From assembly GCA_032718475.1 (NCBI GenBank), contig JAUCBJ010007477.1, positions 76,933 to 140,932 on the forward strand: a DNA stretch of 64,000 bases, read 5' to 3'. The notes under the pieces were generated by a model. That model had not been told where the DNA came from. It did not search any database and saw nothing but the letters and a program-made list of their open reading frames with translations. Every line of letters starts with the position of its first letter. Position 1 is the stretch's first letter. The stretch comes from Nemertoderma westbladi. Its lineage: Eukaryota; Animalia; Xenacoelomorpha. Shown piece by piece: positions 12,881 to 25,684 of the stretch. The position numbers were made by a program, and so were the translations under genes.

Positions 12881-13480
12881 GTCGCTTAATCAATAATATT
12901 TTGACCAATGGGTATATTTATAATGGGTGTGTCTTTAAAATGTCGTTCGCGCGCCGCAATCGTTCGTTTTTAGTAAAAATGATTACAGAAAAATATCTAT
13001 CGGGAGAGAAAAGTTTGCGATGCCAACATTAAATTAAATTCGCTCATGCTTAAAATTATGAAACTTCTAAGAAGCTACACAGTTAATACAGTTGACGTCA
13101 ATCAATTTAACCGTGAGTAATATTCTGCGGAATTTCTGGGGTGTGTCTTATAAAAATTTATATAGACCGCATTAATCGCCACCGCAAGCTGTTACCACTT
13201 ACGTCAACCAATTTAAGCGTAAATAAATATTTCCCTCGAAATTTGTAGGAAGTTTTTCAAAAAAATTCTCTCAGGACAATAGCGATTAATCCGGTTGAAT
13301 GGTTAAAATATACCCGTTTTCCCGATAGCCCATCATTATATTATAAATACGTCGTAAATATACTTTATTTCGTCATTCGGGTTAATTCATTCATTATCAT
13401 ATTTTTCGCACATTGTATAGCGTGATATTATTGTATTTTTATTTTTACACTTAATTATTAATATTTCGCAAAATTTGTTG

Positions 13481-14797
13481 ATGGAATCTGTGAAACCATC
13501 ACAACCAAAAATGATGTCATTAAGCGGTAGCTCTACTGATAGCGCGCCCGCCCCATACGTATCGGTGATTACAGGTAAGAGTGTGTGGGGCCTCGAGTGT
13601 TTGGGGGAAGGAATAGAAATAAAAGCATTTAACGGGAAATACGTTCGATTCAACCGTTGGGGTGATACCAAAGGACGCAACATCGTGCAAGAATCGGTAA
13701 GTCTTACTTACCAGAACATAAGATTCCTGTTTGACTTCCTCAATTATAATAAAATAGCCGTTGAATATTACAAGGAATACACATACAATACACAATACAG
13801 GAATACACAATACAATTTGCTTATAACACCGATAAATCATGCGTACTTACGCATTGGGAAAAACGGCGCATCAATTTTTATCTCGCGAAAAATTCTAGAT
13901 GTCTTACAAAGCATCTACGGCAAAGTCGTTCTTTCCCGTATTGAACCAAAAAAGAAGGAAATTCATGATGAGAATTTTATGGAGTTCGAAGATTGTGGGT
14001 ACATTGGATATATCTACGACTTTGAAGGGCAACGATTTGTCGGCGTTTGGGAAGCGGATGATATAGGTAGACAGCGGAAGGGTGTTCTATATTACGATGG
14101 GTTGAATCTCAGAGCGGATGAATTCTGTTTGCTCGACTTTAACATAGATAAGAATGTTAACGAGAATATCGATGAGGTTAGTATGAGGTACACATCAACC
14201 GTTAACAAAAACGGGATATATTTGTCCCACAACTTCGACACCAAGGTTATTTTCATCCCTCGAAACAACACAAATGTCAAGATAATTAAGCAATTACAGA
14301 AGTACGCGGACCACGATATTCCGTCTGGGTGTGAGTTTCTACCGATTAAAAAGTTAGTTGTTGAGGCTGCGATTGATGAATTAGTGGACGAGGAACTAAT
14401 GAAAGTGGTAATGCCGAACAACGCTAGTCAGCTGAAGACGTCCGAAGCAGTAAAAGTCGCTGCTAAGAAAATGGATGAGAAAAAAATCTGGTTGCCTGCG
14501 ATTGCAGAAAATGAACGGGTAGACGGCGCTGAAAAAAAGAATGATTATAAGGATATTGATACCCTCGTTGGGGGTGTGAGCGCTCAGATGAAGATGAAAA
14601 CACCTAAAGCCATGAAAGAACAAGCGCTTAAGCGAAAAATTGATCTCATCGTGAATAAAACACCTAGCTATGAGTATGAAGATATCAGCGACTTCGAAGA
14701 GGACATCGTCAATGATACGGATGATGGTGAAGACATTTTCAATGAAATCGAGACTAATGGGCAACCTCAAATAAAGAAGAATAAACATTCAGTGTGA
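13481..14797 (+). CDS. Polinton accessory protein with two putative PC4-like ssDNA-binding repeats and an acidic/NLS tail
   Basis: IKAFNGKYVRF..SVSL and YDFEGQRFVGV..GLNL..EF resemble PC4 VRDFKGK..IDIR..GISL..QW. Long intact ORF; several copies in the window. Confidence 0.5.
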   Translation: MESVKPSQPKMMSLSGSSTDSAPAPYVSVITGKSVWGLECLGEGIEIKAFNGKYVRFNRWGDTKGRNIVQESVSLTYQNIRFLFDFLNYNKIAVEYYKEYTYNTQYRNTQYNLLITPINHAYLRIGKNGASIFISRKILDVLQSIYGKVVLSRIEPKKKEIHDENFMEFEDCGYIGYIYDFEGQRFVGVWEADDIGRQRKGVLYYDGLNLRADEFCLLDFNIDKNVNENIDEVSMRYTSTVNKNGIYLSHNFDTKVIFIPRNNTNVKIIKQLQKYADHDIPSGCEFLPIKKLVVEAAIDELVDEELMKVVMPNNASQLKTSEAVKVAAKKMDEKKIWLPAIAENERVDGAEKKNDYKDIDTLVGGVSAQMKMKTPKAMKEQALKRKIDLIVNKTPSYEYEDISDFEEDIVNDTDDGEDIFNEIETNGQPQIKKNKHSV

Positions 14798-14996
14798 ATC
14801 TTCGAGCGGTAGAAACTTTATTATATAAATAGACCATGTTTCTGGTTGGTGTCATGGTAACGGTTAAATTATTATTTGTGGGTTTAATGAATTATCGATT
14901 GAAATAAAAATGTTATATAGATTTAGTTATTTATTTATTATACATGCATTTACCGGTATTTATTATTATTATTATTATACATATTATTTATTATAC

Positions 14997-15438
14997 ATGG
15001 ATGTGGTTAGAGAAGATGAGATTGCAGAGGATGAGATTGTGGAGGATGATGAGAGTATCGAGGATGATGAGATTGTGGAGGATGGAGATGATAATGAGAA
15101 CGAAATGATACTGGTAGCAATGTATGTTGACAGAAAAAGAAGAAGCGCGAGTGCAGAGATTGTTAGAGCCTAGGAATGCGTGGGAGGTGATAGAAAAAAA
15201 GTATTATATGGAGGAAGAGGCGAAGAAAAACAAGAGTGTGTGGGGGGAAGATTGGGAGTTGGAGATGGCGGCTGAGGGGGATAGGAGAGCAAAGGAGGCT
15301 GAGAGGTGCGCGCGGGAGAAGGCAATGGAAGAAAGGATTGAGATGTTGATGGGAATGTTAGAGATGTTAGGCGGTGGCGGAGGTAATGGCAATAATGTGG
15401 TGGATGTAGATAGCGAGGATAGTGGGATAAATGGGTGA
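14997..15438 (+). pseudogene. Acidic Trp-containing accessory protein (frameshift near 15125)
   Basis: Paralog of intact 49721-50146; WGEDWELEM and C-terminal DSGING. Confidence 0.65.
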
Positions 15439-15761
15439 GGTGGTGGAAGAAATTTTAAAATAGTAATGGTGATGGATTTAAGTATAATAATCAAATTTGT
15501 TGGTATAATGATAATATTATAAATACAATAACCTTACTTCGCCGTAGCTCGCCCCACAACTCATTAATGGCGCCCATATGCTAAGGCTTCACTCGCTTCA
15601 TGGCTCGCCCCATTTTTTCAATGTTGGAAAGGAATGAAGGGGATGTTGGGTGATGGTGGTAGTGGTAATGATGTTGTGGATGAGGAAGAAGATTGGGTAG
15701 ATTATATACCACCACCACCTACCGAAAATTAATGTAAGTAATAATTTCAAGGAACAAGGAA

Positions 15762-16157
15762 CTAATGAAAGTGGAAATGCCGAACAACGCTAGTCAGCTG
15801 AAGACGTACGAAGCAGTAAAAGTCACTGCTAAGAAGATGGATGAGAAAAAAATCTGGTTGCCCACGATTGCAGAAAATGAACGGGTAGACGGCGCTGAAA
15901 AAAAGAATGATTATAAGGATATTGATACCCTCGTTGGGGGTGTGAGCGCTCAGATGAAGATGAAAATACCTAAAGCCATGAAAGAACAAGCGCTTAGGCG
16001 AAAAATTGATCTCATCGTGAATAAAACACCTAGCTATGCGTATGAAGATAACTTTGAAGAGGACATCGTCAATGATACGGATGATGGTGAAGACATTTTC
16101 AATGAAATCGAGACTAATGGGCAACCTCAAATAAAGAAGAATAAACATTCAGTGTGA
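15762..16157 (+). pseudogene. Duplicated 3' part of the PC4-like gene
   Basis: Near-identical to 14396-14797. Confidence 0.8.
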
Positions 16158-16381
16158 ATCTTCGAGCGGTAGAAACTTTATTATATAAATAGACCATGTT
16201 CGTAGGCAGTGTTGCTGCAACGAGCCGGACATGGTTAAATTATTATTATTATTTTGTGGTGGTAAATTATTTGTTGGTATAATGAATTATCGATTGAAAT
16301 AAATATTATATAAATTTATTTGTTTATAGTATTATACATTATTATTATTATTATATACACATTTATTTATTATACGTGAAT

Positions 16382-16832
16382 ATGTTGGGAGAAAATGAGC
16401 TTGTGGTGGATGAAGTGGATATGGATATGGAGGAAGAGGAGGAAGATGAGGATGTAGCGAAGGAGAACGAAGAGATATTGGTAGCGATGAATGATGAGGG
16501 AGAGAGAAGAAGCGTGGCTAGAAAGATTGATAAATCCAAGGAATGAGCTGGAGGAGATAGAAAAAAAACATTATTTGGAGGAAGAGGCGAGGAAGGACAG
16601 CGCGTGGGGAGAAGATTGGACATTAGAAATGGAGGCGGAGGGGGACAGGAGAGCGCAGGAGGCGGAGAGATGTGCGCGGGAGAAAGCAATGGAGGAGAGA
16701 ATCAATATGTTGGAAGGAATGATGGGGATGTTGGGTGATGGTGGTGGTGGTAATGATGTTGAGGATGAGGAAGAAGATTGGGCAGATGGTGATAGCGGGA
16801 TAAGCGGGTGGGGTGGCGGGAGAAATTTTTAA
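16382..16832 (+). pseudogene. Acidic Trp-containing accessory protein, second paralog (frameshift near 16490)
   Basis: Matches 41331-41771; EEDWADGDSGISG. Confidence 0.65.
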
Positions 16833-16859
16833 ATAAAGCGGTGCCGGATTTAAGTAAAT

Positions 16860-17610
16860 GATCAAATTAAAATAACCTTACTTCGATGCTATCACTCACT
16901 TCATGGCTCGCCCCATAGGTAGAATAATCAAATTAAAATAATATTATAAATACTATAACCTTATACTCACTTCGCGGCTCGCCCCACAACTTGTTGCGTA
17001 GTGATAAGTATAAATACAATAACCTTACTTCGATGCTATCACTCACTTCATGGCTCGCCCCATAGGTAGAATAATCAAATTAAAATAATATTATAAATAC
17101 CTTATTCTCACTTCGCGGCTCGCCCCCACAACTTATTGCTTGACAATATTGGTAGCCACCGTTAGTCTGTGTTTATTCACCTTTTTTAGTTGTTGCGTCT
17201 GTAATAGTCTATCATGTTAAAGACTTTTATAACAAACGTCTGCAACCCACTTACTATATTGGGTTTTACCTATTGCGGTTCAAGGTCAAACGCCAACCGG
17301 TAGACACGAATTAATTAAATTACTTCCGTCTGCGAACTGGCCTTATACCGCATATGTCACATATACACAGTGGTGACATATGTTACATATGCACAATGGT
17401 AACCATGGTAACCATAGTAAGTGGGTGGGGCAACAATGGTAATCATAGTAAGTAGGCGGGGCAAGAATGGTAACCATGGTAACCATAGTAAGTGGGTGGG
17501 GCAACAATGGTAATTATAGTAAGTAGGCGGGGCAAGAGCCGTTCGGCAAATTCTTTAACATGGTAGACTATGGCAGACACTGTCTTATTCCAGGTGTTTA
17601 CCATACTACT
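16860..17610 (-). repeat. Type-1 Polinton terminal inverted repeat with subterminal tandem repeats
   Basis: Reverse complement of 52073-52930; repeated cactcacttcatggctcgcccc units; ends ACTACT. Confidence 0.88.
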
Positions 17611-17984
17611 CACTGTGGAATAATGCAAGAATAAATACATAGAGTAATAAAAGCATGCAAAATGTTGACTTATATATACAGTAAGTATTTAGCCTAACAA
17701 TAACACTTTAACACTTTTCAAATAATATATAGGGAGGGTTTCATAAATTGATAAAATATTACGTGGTGTTCGAAAAAGTTCCATGATACTCAGCAACAAG
17801 CTACCCTTAGCAGAGTAAAAGAGTAAAATGTTCATTAGGGCAACTGTGAATAGGGATAACATATCCCATATAACATCAAACTAGATAAACAGATAAAATT
17901 GTTTTTTTTAGTTTTAAATGTTGGGGGTAATGGTCCCCTTAAATGAACAGTTTTATTGCTTTATAACAAGTCCATTAACTATAT

Positions 17985-18230
17985 ACTACTACTACAATCG
18001 GTGTGCTGCATTGCAGCTGCATATTATGTATTTTTTTACATATATATTAAGATGTTGTGCCGGCTTGTCGACAAATTTGCACCGCCACAACTCCCTATCG
18101 ACCATGACATTTGTTAGATCATCTGCATCTTTAAGGTCAGTGTCCTTTAAGATGTGTCTCAAGAAAGTCATGGGAAGGTTCACCATGCTTATTCACTCCA
18201 TAAGGCCACCAAAGCAAAGCAACAGCAAAG
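17985..18230 (-). mobile_element. RTE retroposon 3' fragment (diverged)
   Basis: TFLRHILKDTDLKDADDL..DRELWR, similar to 41-223, with a (TAG)n tail on the minus strand. Confidence 0.72.
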
Positions 18231-18823
18231 CGCAGCTGGATTCCTCAGAGAATGGGGGGTTGAGGTAAAGGTGTTCTCCATACCAGCTGGTGGGGTTATA
18301 TAGATGCTCCACCTGCTCATAGACCTCGAGAGAGGCTGCATAGATTTCCTCCATCCACGCCTTATCTCCTCAGATTCGTCCCTCCAATAGTGGAGGTATG
18401 GGGTCACTGGTTCCAGCCTGATTTCTTCACTCTGGGTACTGAGGGGTGTGGTTAGATCAATGATGGTAGGATCGGTTGAGGTGAAGACTAGTGTGGTGGT
18501 TGGGGAGATGAGTGTGGTGTCAATGCTGATGGTGTGAGCGGTTGAGGTGGAGGCTGGTGTGATGGTTGGGGAACGAGTGTGGTGTCAATGCTGATGGTGG
18601 GAGCAGTAGTGTAGAGTGTAGTAGCCGGCTTTGTGACAGTTGGACTACACTGACACCACACCCATTGGGTGTCATATGACACCCAATTGTCACCCAATGG
18701 GTGTCATTGGTGCCAGAATGCATATAATTAATTCCTGTTCAATCTGCATATTGCTTTAACCTACTTTTGTATACTATAACATTAATTTATTATATCATAT
18801 TATTTAAGGAATGTCAATATTAA

Positions 18824-19213
18824 TTATAACTCACACCATGGTTCCTCCCTAAAATTTTTGGGGGTCTCCCAGTTATCCTGAGGGAATGGATTTTTATTGC
18901 GGTTCTCCTTGGCCACCGCTTTCTCAACTTCCCGATATTCTTGATAAAAATATTGGTAGTACCAATTGGAGGAGGTCCGGAGGCGCTCCAACCTCTCCTC
19001 CTCCAATGCCCGAATCTCGAGCTACCACTCAAACATCTCGTTGTCCCACCCCATTTCCTCCTCCTGTTCTTTAATGAATTGAAGGTAGAGAGTGACCACT
19101 TCCGGTCTACTTTCCACGGTCTGAGTACTGACGCTTGTGGATGTGGTGGTGTTGGGCGCGGCTGACTGACTGTTGGTGATGGACGCCGTTGAGGTTAAAA
19201 TGATGGTGGCCAT
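18824..19213 (-). pseudogene. Divergent acidic Trp-rich protein gene with one in-frame stop (19022-19024)
   Basis: ORFs 19022-19213 and 18824-19006 are in the same frame; EEERLERL..NW resembles EEARLERL..NEW of the acidic family. Confidence 0.45.
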
Positions 19214-19789
19214 GTTAAATAGTAAGTAGGTAAAATAAGAAGTTTAAAATAAATTATCAAAATGTGATGTTTAAAATTGTAAAAGTTTCTACAATCATAT
19301 GAAACATCATAAATAGATTATTTACTCCTTTTTTTTTAAATATAAAATATCCCTATAACACTGTTAACATTAACACCAACAGTAGTATGGTAAACAACTT
19401 AAATGAAACAGCGTCTGCCATAGTCTACCATGTATATAAACCCAATATAGTAAGTGGGTTGCTGACGTTTGTGTCTTTAACATGATAGACTATTACAGAC
19501 GCAACAACTAAAAAAGGTGAATAAACACAGACTAACGGTGGCTACCAATATTGCAATTAATTCTACAGTTATTGTCAAGCAATAAGTTGTGGGGGCGAGC
19601 CGCAAAGTGAGAATAATGCGGTATAAGGCCAGTCCACAGACGGAAGTAATTTAATTATATCGCTAAGCAACAGGTTGTGGGGTGAGCCGCAAAGTGAGTG
19701 TAAGGTTATAGTATTTATAATATTATTTTTAATTTGATTATTATACTTAAATCCATCACCATTACTATTTTAAAATTTCTTCCACCACC

Positions 19790-20219
19790 TCACCCATTTA
19801 TCCCGCAATCCTCGCTATCTACATCCTCCACATTATTACCATTACCACCACCACCACCCAACATCTCCAACATTCCCATCAACATCTCCTCAATCCTTTC
19901 TTTCATCGCCTTCTCCCGCGCACACCTCTCAGCCTCCCTCATTCTCCTAACCCCCTCAGCCGCCATCTCCAACTCCCAATCTTCTCCCCACACATTCAGG
20001 TTCTTTTTCGCCTCTTCCTCCAAATAATAATTTTTCTCTATCTCTTCCCACTCATTTCTCGGATTCAACAATCTCTCCACCCGCGCTTCTTCTTTTTCTC
20101 TCTCGTAAATCGCCACCAGTATCATCTCATCAATTTCATCCGCTACAATCTCATTTTCCTCCTCCTCCTCCTCCATCAACCTCATCCACCACAATCTCAT
20201 TTTCTCCCTCCTCATCCAT
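19790..20219 (-). pseudogene. Acidic Trp-containing accessory protein (5' frameshift)
   Basis: Near-identical to 49721-50146. Confidence 0.65.
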
Positions 20220-20469
20220 GTATAATAAATAAAATAAATATGTGTATAATAATAAATGTATGATACTATAAATAAATATATTTATATAACATTTTAATAA
20301 TATTTATTTCAATCGATAATTCATTATACCAACAAATAATTTAACAAATTAAAATTTTCCACCACAAAATAATAATAATTAGTTAACCATGTCTGGCTCG
20401 TTACAGCGACACTGCCTACGAACGTGGACTATTTATATAATAAAGTTTCTACCACTCGAAGATTTACAC

Positions 20470-21513
20470 TGAAGGTTTATTCTTCTTCATCCGTATCATT
20501 GACGATGTCCTCTTCAAAGTCGCTGATATCTTCATACACATAGCTAGGTGTTTTATTCACGATGAGATCAATTTTTCGCTTAAGCGCTTGTTCTTTTATC
20601 GCTTGAGGTGTTTTCATCTTCATCTGAGCGCTCACACCCCCCAACGAGGGTATCAATATCCTTATAATCATTCTTTTTTTCAGCGCCGTCTACCCGTTCA
20701 TTTTCTGCAATTGCGGGCAACCAGATTTTATTCTCATCCATTTTCTTAGCAGTGACTTTTACTGCTTCGTACGTCTTCAGCTGACTAGCGTTGTTCGGCA
20801 TTTGCACTTTCATTAGTTCCTTGTCTGCTAATTCATCAATCGCAGCCTCAACAACTAACTTTTTAATCGGTAGAAACTCACACCCAGACGGAATATCGTG
20901 GCCCGCGTACTTCTGTAATTCCTTAATTATCTTGACATTTGTGTTGTTTCGAGGGATGAAAATAACCTTGGTGTCGAAGTTGTGGGACAAACATATCCCG
21001 TTTTCATTAACGGTTGATGTTTAATGTTTAATGTTTAAGGTATTAGAAAGCCTAAGCTTGTTGAACCTGTACAAGTAAAATCAACAATCGAACAATAATA
21101 CAAAATAAATCTAAGTACGTTGATATATGTAAATAAGTTATGTTAGAACTACATAAATTATATTTAAAATAGCATATGTAATGGTTAAAATCTGGTTAAA
21201 ACTACTAGTTCGCGAATAATAGTTAAAAAAAAAAAAGTTTAACCTCTAAGTAAAATAATTATATGTTGAATAAAAATTGGAGGATCAGTAGATTACACTA
21301 AAAGGTTTTACATATAATAGGTATAACATATCTTTGAATTCATAGAGATTATTTAAAACCTCGTTTGTAAAAAAGGTTTGTTAAAAAATGAAATAAAATT
21401 AATTAAAAATATAAAAAATATATGATAAAACAACGAATGAAAGTTGGTGTACCTCATACTAACCTCATCGATATTCTTGTTAACATTCTTATATATGTTA
21501 AAGTCGAGCAAAC
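20470..21513 (-). pseudogene. PC4-like gene 3' half, frameshifted and interrupted
   Basis: Matches roughly 14125-14797. Confidence 0.75.
21021..21445 (-). mobile_element. 3' UTR fragment of a CR1/L2(Crack)-like retroposon
   Basis: Interrupts the PC4-like gene. On the minus strand it has an ACAAGCTTAGGCTTT motif and a (TAAACAT)n tail. Identical copy at 51648-52072. Confidence 0.5.
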
Positions 21514-23880
21514 GATTTTCGAGTTTAAGATCTGGCATATGGTGGCGCAGTATTTTCTGATTACAGTTGTACGAATTAACTCAGGCTTTTGGCAGCCAGC
21601 TGCTTCAGAATATTTATTTAATACGTCGTGACCTCTGATAGGCTGTAACCCATCCGACTTAAATACACGTTCGTGGGGACTTCGCGCAGCACGAGGCCTA
21701 GTTATTATATACAAATTAAAATGCAGCGACTGTATCACAAAATCAGGTTTTGAGAAATTTACCCACACCACCAATCAATCAAAGAAAGGTGGACAGTACG
21801 TGTTCACCCCTTTTAATCTCCCCCCCCCCCCCCCCACCCTTCCCAACCACCAATACATAACCGCGACATCTACCACCCACGGAAGGGTAGCACGAACTTA
21901 TTTCCAATCGCACGTTAAATATGCAAAGCCAGGTGGTTTATAGGAATATAATAAACGCAGTACTCGTTTTCATTATAAGCCTCTTTGCGTTCGTCCTGTT
22001 TTGTATTTAAATATATTTCTTAAACGCAAGCTAGGACAATCTTTATAATAATAATAACTAGGGATGCGATCAATATGTGAAGCCAGGTGGTTTATATAAT
22101 AATTTAGTCAACGCAGTACTCGTCTTCATTATATGCCTCGTTGCGCTCGTCGCTTGTCCTGTTTTGTCATAAAATATTTTTCCTAAACGCAGACTGACGA
22201 TCTTTATACAGTTATAACTATGCGAAGTTTCGAAACTGTGCGAGTAACTGTTGATACATCTATGTGGAGATGTGTGATATGTGGAGATGTGTGATACAAC
22301 GCCAACGCATCTTATGCCGATGTAGTAATATGGGTATTGAAATAATATTAAATCAATGTACACTCTTAAAGCTGCAGCGAAAAAATGTAGCTAATTTCCT
22401 AGGTTACATATAAAATAATAATATTATTTTTAAGAACATTAATTTTACTACTTTGCAAAAATTCAATTAAAAAATAACCAGACATATACATTGTGGAATA
22501 AACTATTTCAGAAGCCTACAACAGCCATGCCATGGATTGTATTTATGTTATTATATCTGTCATTTAACTGAGATAGCAATAGTAGTAATAGTCGAACGGT
22601 TATGCGGCCCGTCCAGCCTATAATAAACACAATTCAGTGATTGGGCTGGAATAGCAATACTGGTTGCCTCTATTACAATTCCTCTCAGGTTAGTCTACAG
22701 CCACAACTCCCAGCAGCTAGCTCCACACCAGCAGAGACTTGACCAATAATGGGAAGGATTAAATTTGTACTCAATAATTGTGCGGTTTAATTACGTTTAG
22801 ATCAATTAAAGACACATTTATTAAAGCAAATCACTTAAACTAATTAAAAACTATAATAGAATGGCGTATGGGGATTATATCTGTATAATTTTTAAGTATA
22901 ATTATTTAAATCTTATACTGTAAAACAATTAATTTCCTTTAAAAGGCAGGTTGAAAATGGCGTTTTCACCGCAATCAACTTAATTAACTAATTAACTGCT
23001 ATTATCTTAGCTTCTCGAAGGCCACACGGAAATTCTACTTGGAAAATTTCTAAACTTTTGCCAAACAACATGTGTACCAAGTTTGGATAGATTTCATCAA
23101 AGATTGGCCGAGTTATTAACGTTTAAAATTGAACACGACAGAACGACAGAACGACAGAACGACAGAACGACAGGTTGATTAATGGTACCACTACGCTAAG
23201 GCTCACTCACTTCGTGGCTCGCCCCACAAAGTCATTATTATCCAGACCCTTACAAAGAAAGAGCAACAGAGGCCTTACTTCTGGTGTAACCAACACGGGA
23301 ACTGGATTACGCTTTCCAATGGTAGTAAGAAGTCCCATACGCTTTGTTAGCTCCATCTCTAAGGGATTTAAACATTTCTTAACCTCTTCTGAAGTATGGG
23401 CTGTAACATCCCGGTTTAGACCATTTAAAACAGTGCCATATCTCATGGAACTCGGTTCCCTTGACCTCTTCTTATTAAATAATAAAAGTTGTACAAGTAC
23501 ACATTCCTTGACATCCCGAATGTTGCAATTTCCTGGTATGATTTGTGTATGATGTTTGATGAGTGTATCAATATATGATCTTAGTGCTATTATGTCTTTA
23601 GTTAGTGGTATCTCATTAATTTTATTGAATTTAGCCTTCTCTAGCGCATACTTAGCAATTCTTGATACAACAAAAGTCCATTCAGAGCCATGTAGATGAA
23701 GAAACGAGTCTATTTTCCTTTGTAGGTCGATATCATCATCTCTAACAACCTGATTGCGAATAAATTCTGCAAACTTCCTCAAAGACTGGCCAAATTTGAT
23801 CTTAGCAGAAGAACTTTAAACTTATTAGCAGCACAAAGCACCTTGTCAAAGTTTTTAGGGTTAATCAAGGCTACTGTCGT
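21514..23880 (-). pseudogene. Crypton-like tyrosine recombinase remnant split by ~1.5 kb of repeats
   Basis: LLFNKKRSRE, GKRNPVPVLVTP (23207-23782) and RGHDVL..GCQKPELIRTTVIRKYCATICQILN (21520-21670) match animal Crypton-type YR motifs. Confidence 0.65.
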
Positions 23881-24634
23881 ATTATAATTAAGTTGGTCAT
23901 AACACACCCCCCCCCCCACACACACACACACACCTACCGGTAGCTAGCTAGCTGTTGCATCTGACTTTACATACACTGACATATAACACAGCTATAAACT
24001 GCAGACACCTACCGGTAGCTAGCTGACTTTACACACTGACATATAACAAGACTAAACTGTAGAAGGGCTCCCCTTCTAGACTGACAAAGTACCGTTGGCT
24101 TGCTTTAGCGATACTAATAATAATAAAATTAAATTAACTCGACATGTGGTTCACGAATGCGGCATTAGAGTGGCCCGCCTAACAAAAGACTTAGTGGTAC
24201 TGTATGCCCCTTTTTCGAATGTAGGCCCAATATGGTTTACGGTTAACCTTTAGAACTCACGGACAGGCACGCACGCCTTCATTCAGCCAGTCATATAATG
24301 ACTCCTCAACTGAAAGCCGGCTAGCTCATGGATACAATAGGTGTGGCTAGCAATATATAAAATCCACCGCACACAACATTCACTCCATGTTGTAGGCCTA
24401 TATAAAACATAGTTAGTTTATTTATGTAAGTTTATTTATTATTTTTAAATTAGATATAAAACAGACTGATAACATTTAATGAGTTGAAATTTGAACTTCT
24501 CTCCAACTGTTACAATCAGGAACACTGGTCACAATTTGACAAATTTAGTAGGTACCGATAGGGGCTAATTAAGACAGTAACTACCATTTAATAGGTCAGT
24601 TAGTCAGTTAGTCAGTATCGATAAATCTGTCTCA

Positions 24635-25021
24635 TTACCGGTACCATTTATAAATTGGTTGCTGTTGCGGTTCCGGTTCCGGTTGTGAATGTGTCACAAC
24701 AACATCATTATCATCATCTTCCCATGGGTTGTTTGGGGGTAACATTGGATTTGTTATACCATCCTCCCAATTTTCTTGAGAAATTATACCGGTATCGCAT
24801 GTATGAATTTCGCTATCGCCGGGTTGAATTCTCACATTTAATGTGAAATTTTTCATTGTTTTAAAATCAGTTATTTCGTTTCCTCTGTTATTTTTAATTG
24901 CCATATGGAATTTGCCATCTTCAAGTTTTATACTAATGTCGACTATATTTGCCGCTTGAATGTATACATCACCAGCTTCAAGATCGAATTTCATAGAACA
25001 ACTCATCACACTTGCTGTCAT
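24635..25021 (-). CDS. Hypothetical intronless protein with acidic Trp motifs (ENWED, PWEDD)
   Basis: ATG-started 128 aa ORF in an AT-rich context next to the second TBP-like gene. Confidence 0.45.
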   Translation of the reverse strand: MTASVMSCSMKFDLEAGDVYIQAANIVDISIKLEDGKFHMAIKNNRGNEITDFKTMKNFTLNVRIQPGDSEIHTCDTGIISQENWEDGITNPMLPPNNPWEDDDNDVVVTHSQPEPEPQQQPIYKWYR

Positions 25022-25684
25022 TTTACTGTTACAGGTTGGTTATGATTATAATATAGTATAGTATAGGCTAGAGTATACAGGTATTTTTTTTTCTTATTTT
25101 CGTTAACAAAATTATAGTTCACTGTTAGAAAAATTGAGTTTATATATATTTTTTTAGAGGGTCGCAGATGTTTACATTACAAAATTCACATAGTTAACAA
25201 AATGCCTAACATAAACTTTTCCCATTCGGATTAGCGATATATGCTCTGTTCATTATTCTATTCTATTCTGAATAATGTAGTGAAATGCATAGCCAATGTT
25301 TTAATAATATGTATACAGGCTAGTAACAGATAGGGGGGCTTCGACTTTGACTATGAATACCAGTACATAGCCCTAAACTTTTCTCACCAGGCTTAGTGAT
25401 GTGTAATTTAGCCAGCAATAGCGATGCTCTCTGCTCACAGTCATAACTAACAGATGCGCAACCGTAGCTCACTCGCTAGCTGCGATGTTTAGCTAGCCAC
25501 TGTCTCTGGGTATACTATGCATACTAGGCTGTTACAAGCAGTCGCTCTGCTGAAGTTAGTTAGTTTCCCCAACTAGTTGTTGATTTAAAAAATATTCATA
25601 AATTTCTTCTCCCTCAAATTAATATATATATATATTTTACAGTAAAAAACCTCCATCACCAAACAACAATAAATTTCACTCTCT

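Larger units (their letters stand above)
261..17610 (-). mobile_element. Polinton/Maverick copy A (type-1 TIR), right arm, degraded
   Basis: Minor capsid, integrase, ATPase, pPolB and accessory genes, ending in ...CCATACTACT at 17610 (reverse of the AGTAGT terminus). Near-identical to 58600-64000 where the two overlap. Confidence 0.92.
19381..21513 (+). mobile_element. Inverted type-1 Polinton end fragment (TIR, acidic gene, PC4-like gene 3' half)
   Basis: Starts AGTAGTATGGTAAAC; near-identical to 49131-52072. Confidence 0.85.

Noticed and set aside
15204-16865. Pro/Ser-rich ORFs antisense to the acidic genes (also 19734, 41277, 49611)
   Set aside because: Shadow frames of GAG/GAA-rich coding sequence.
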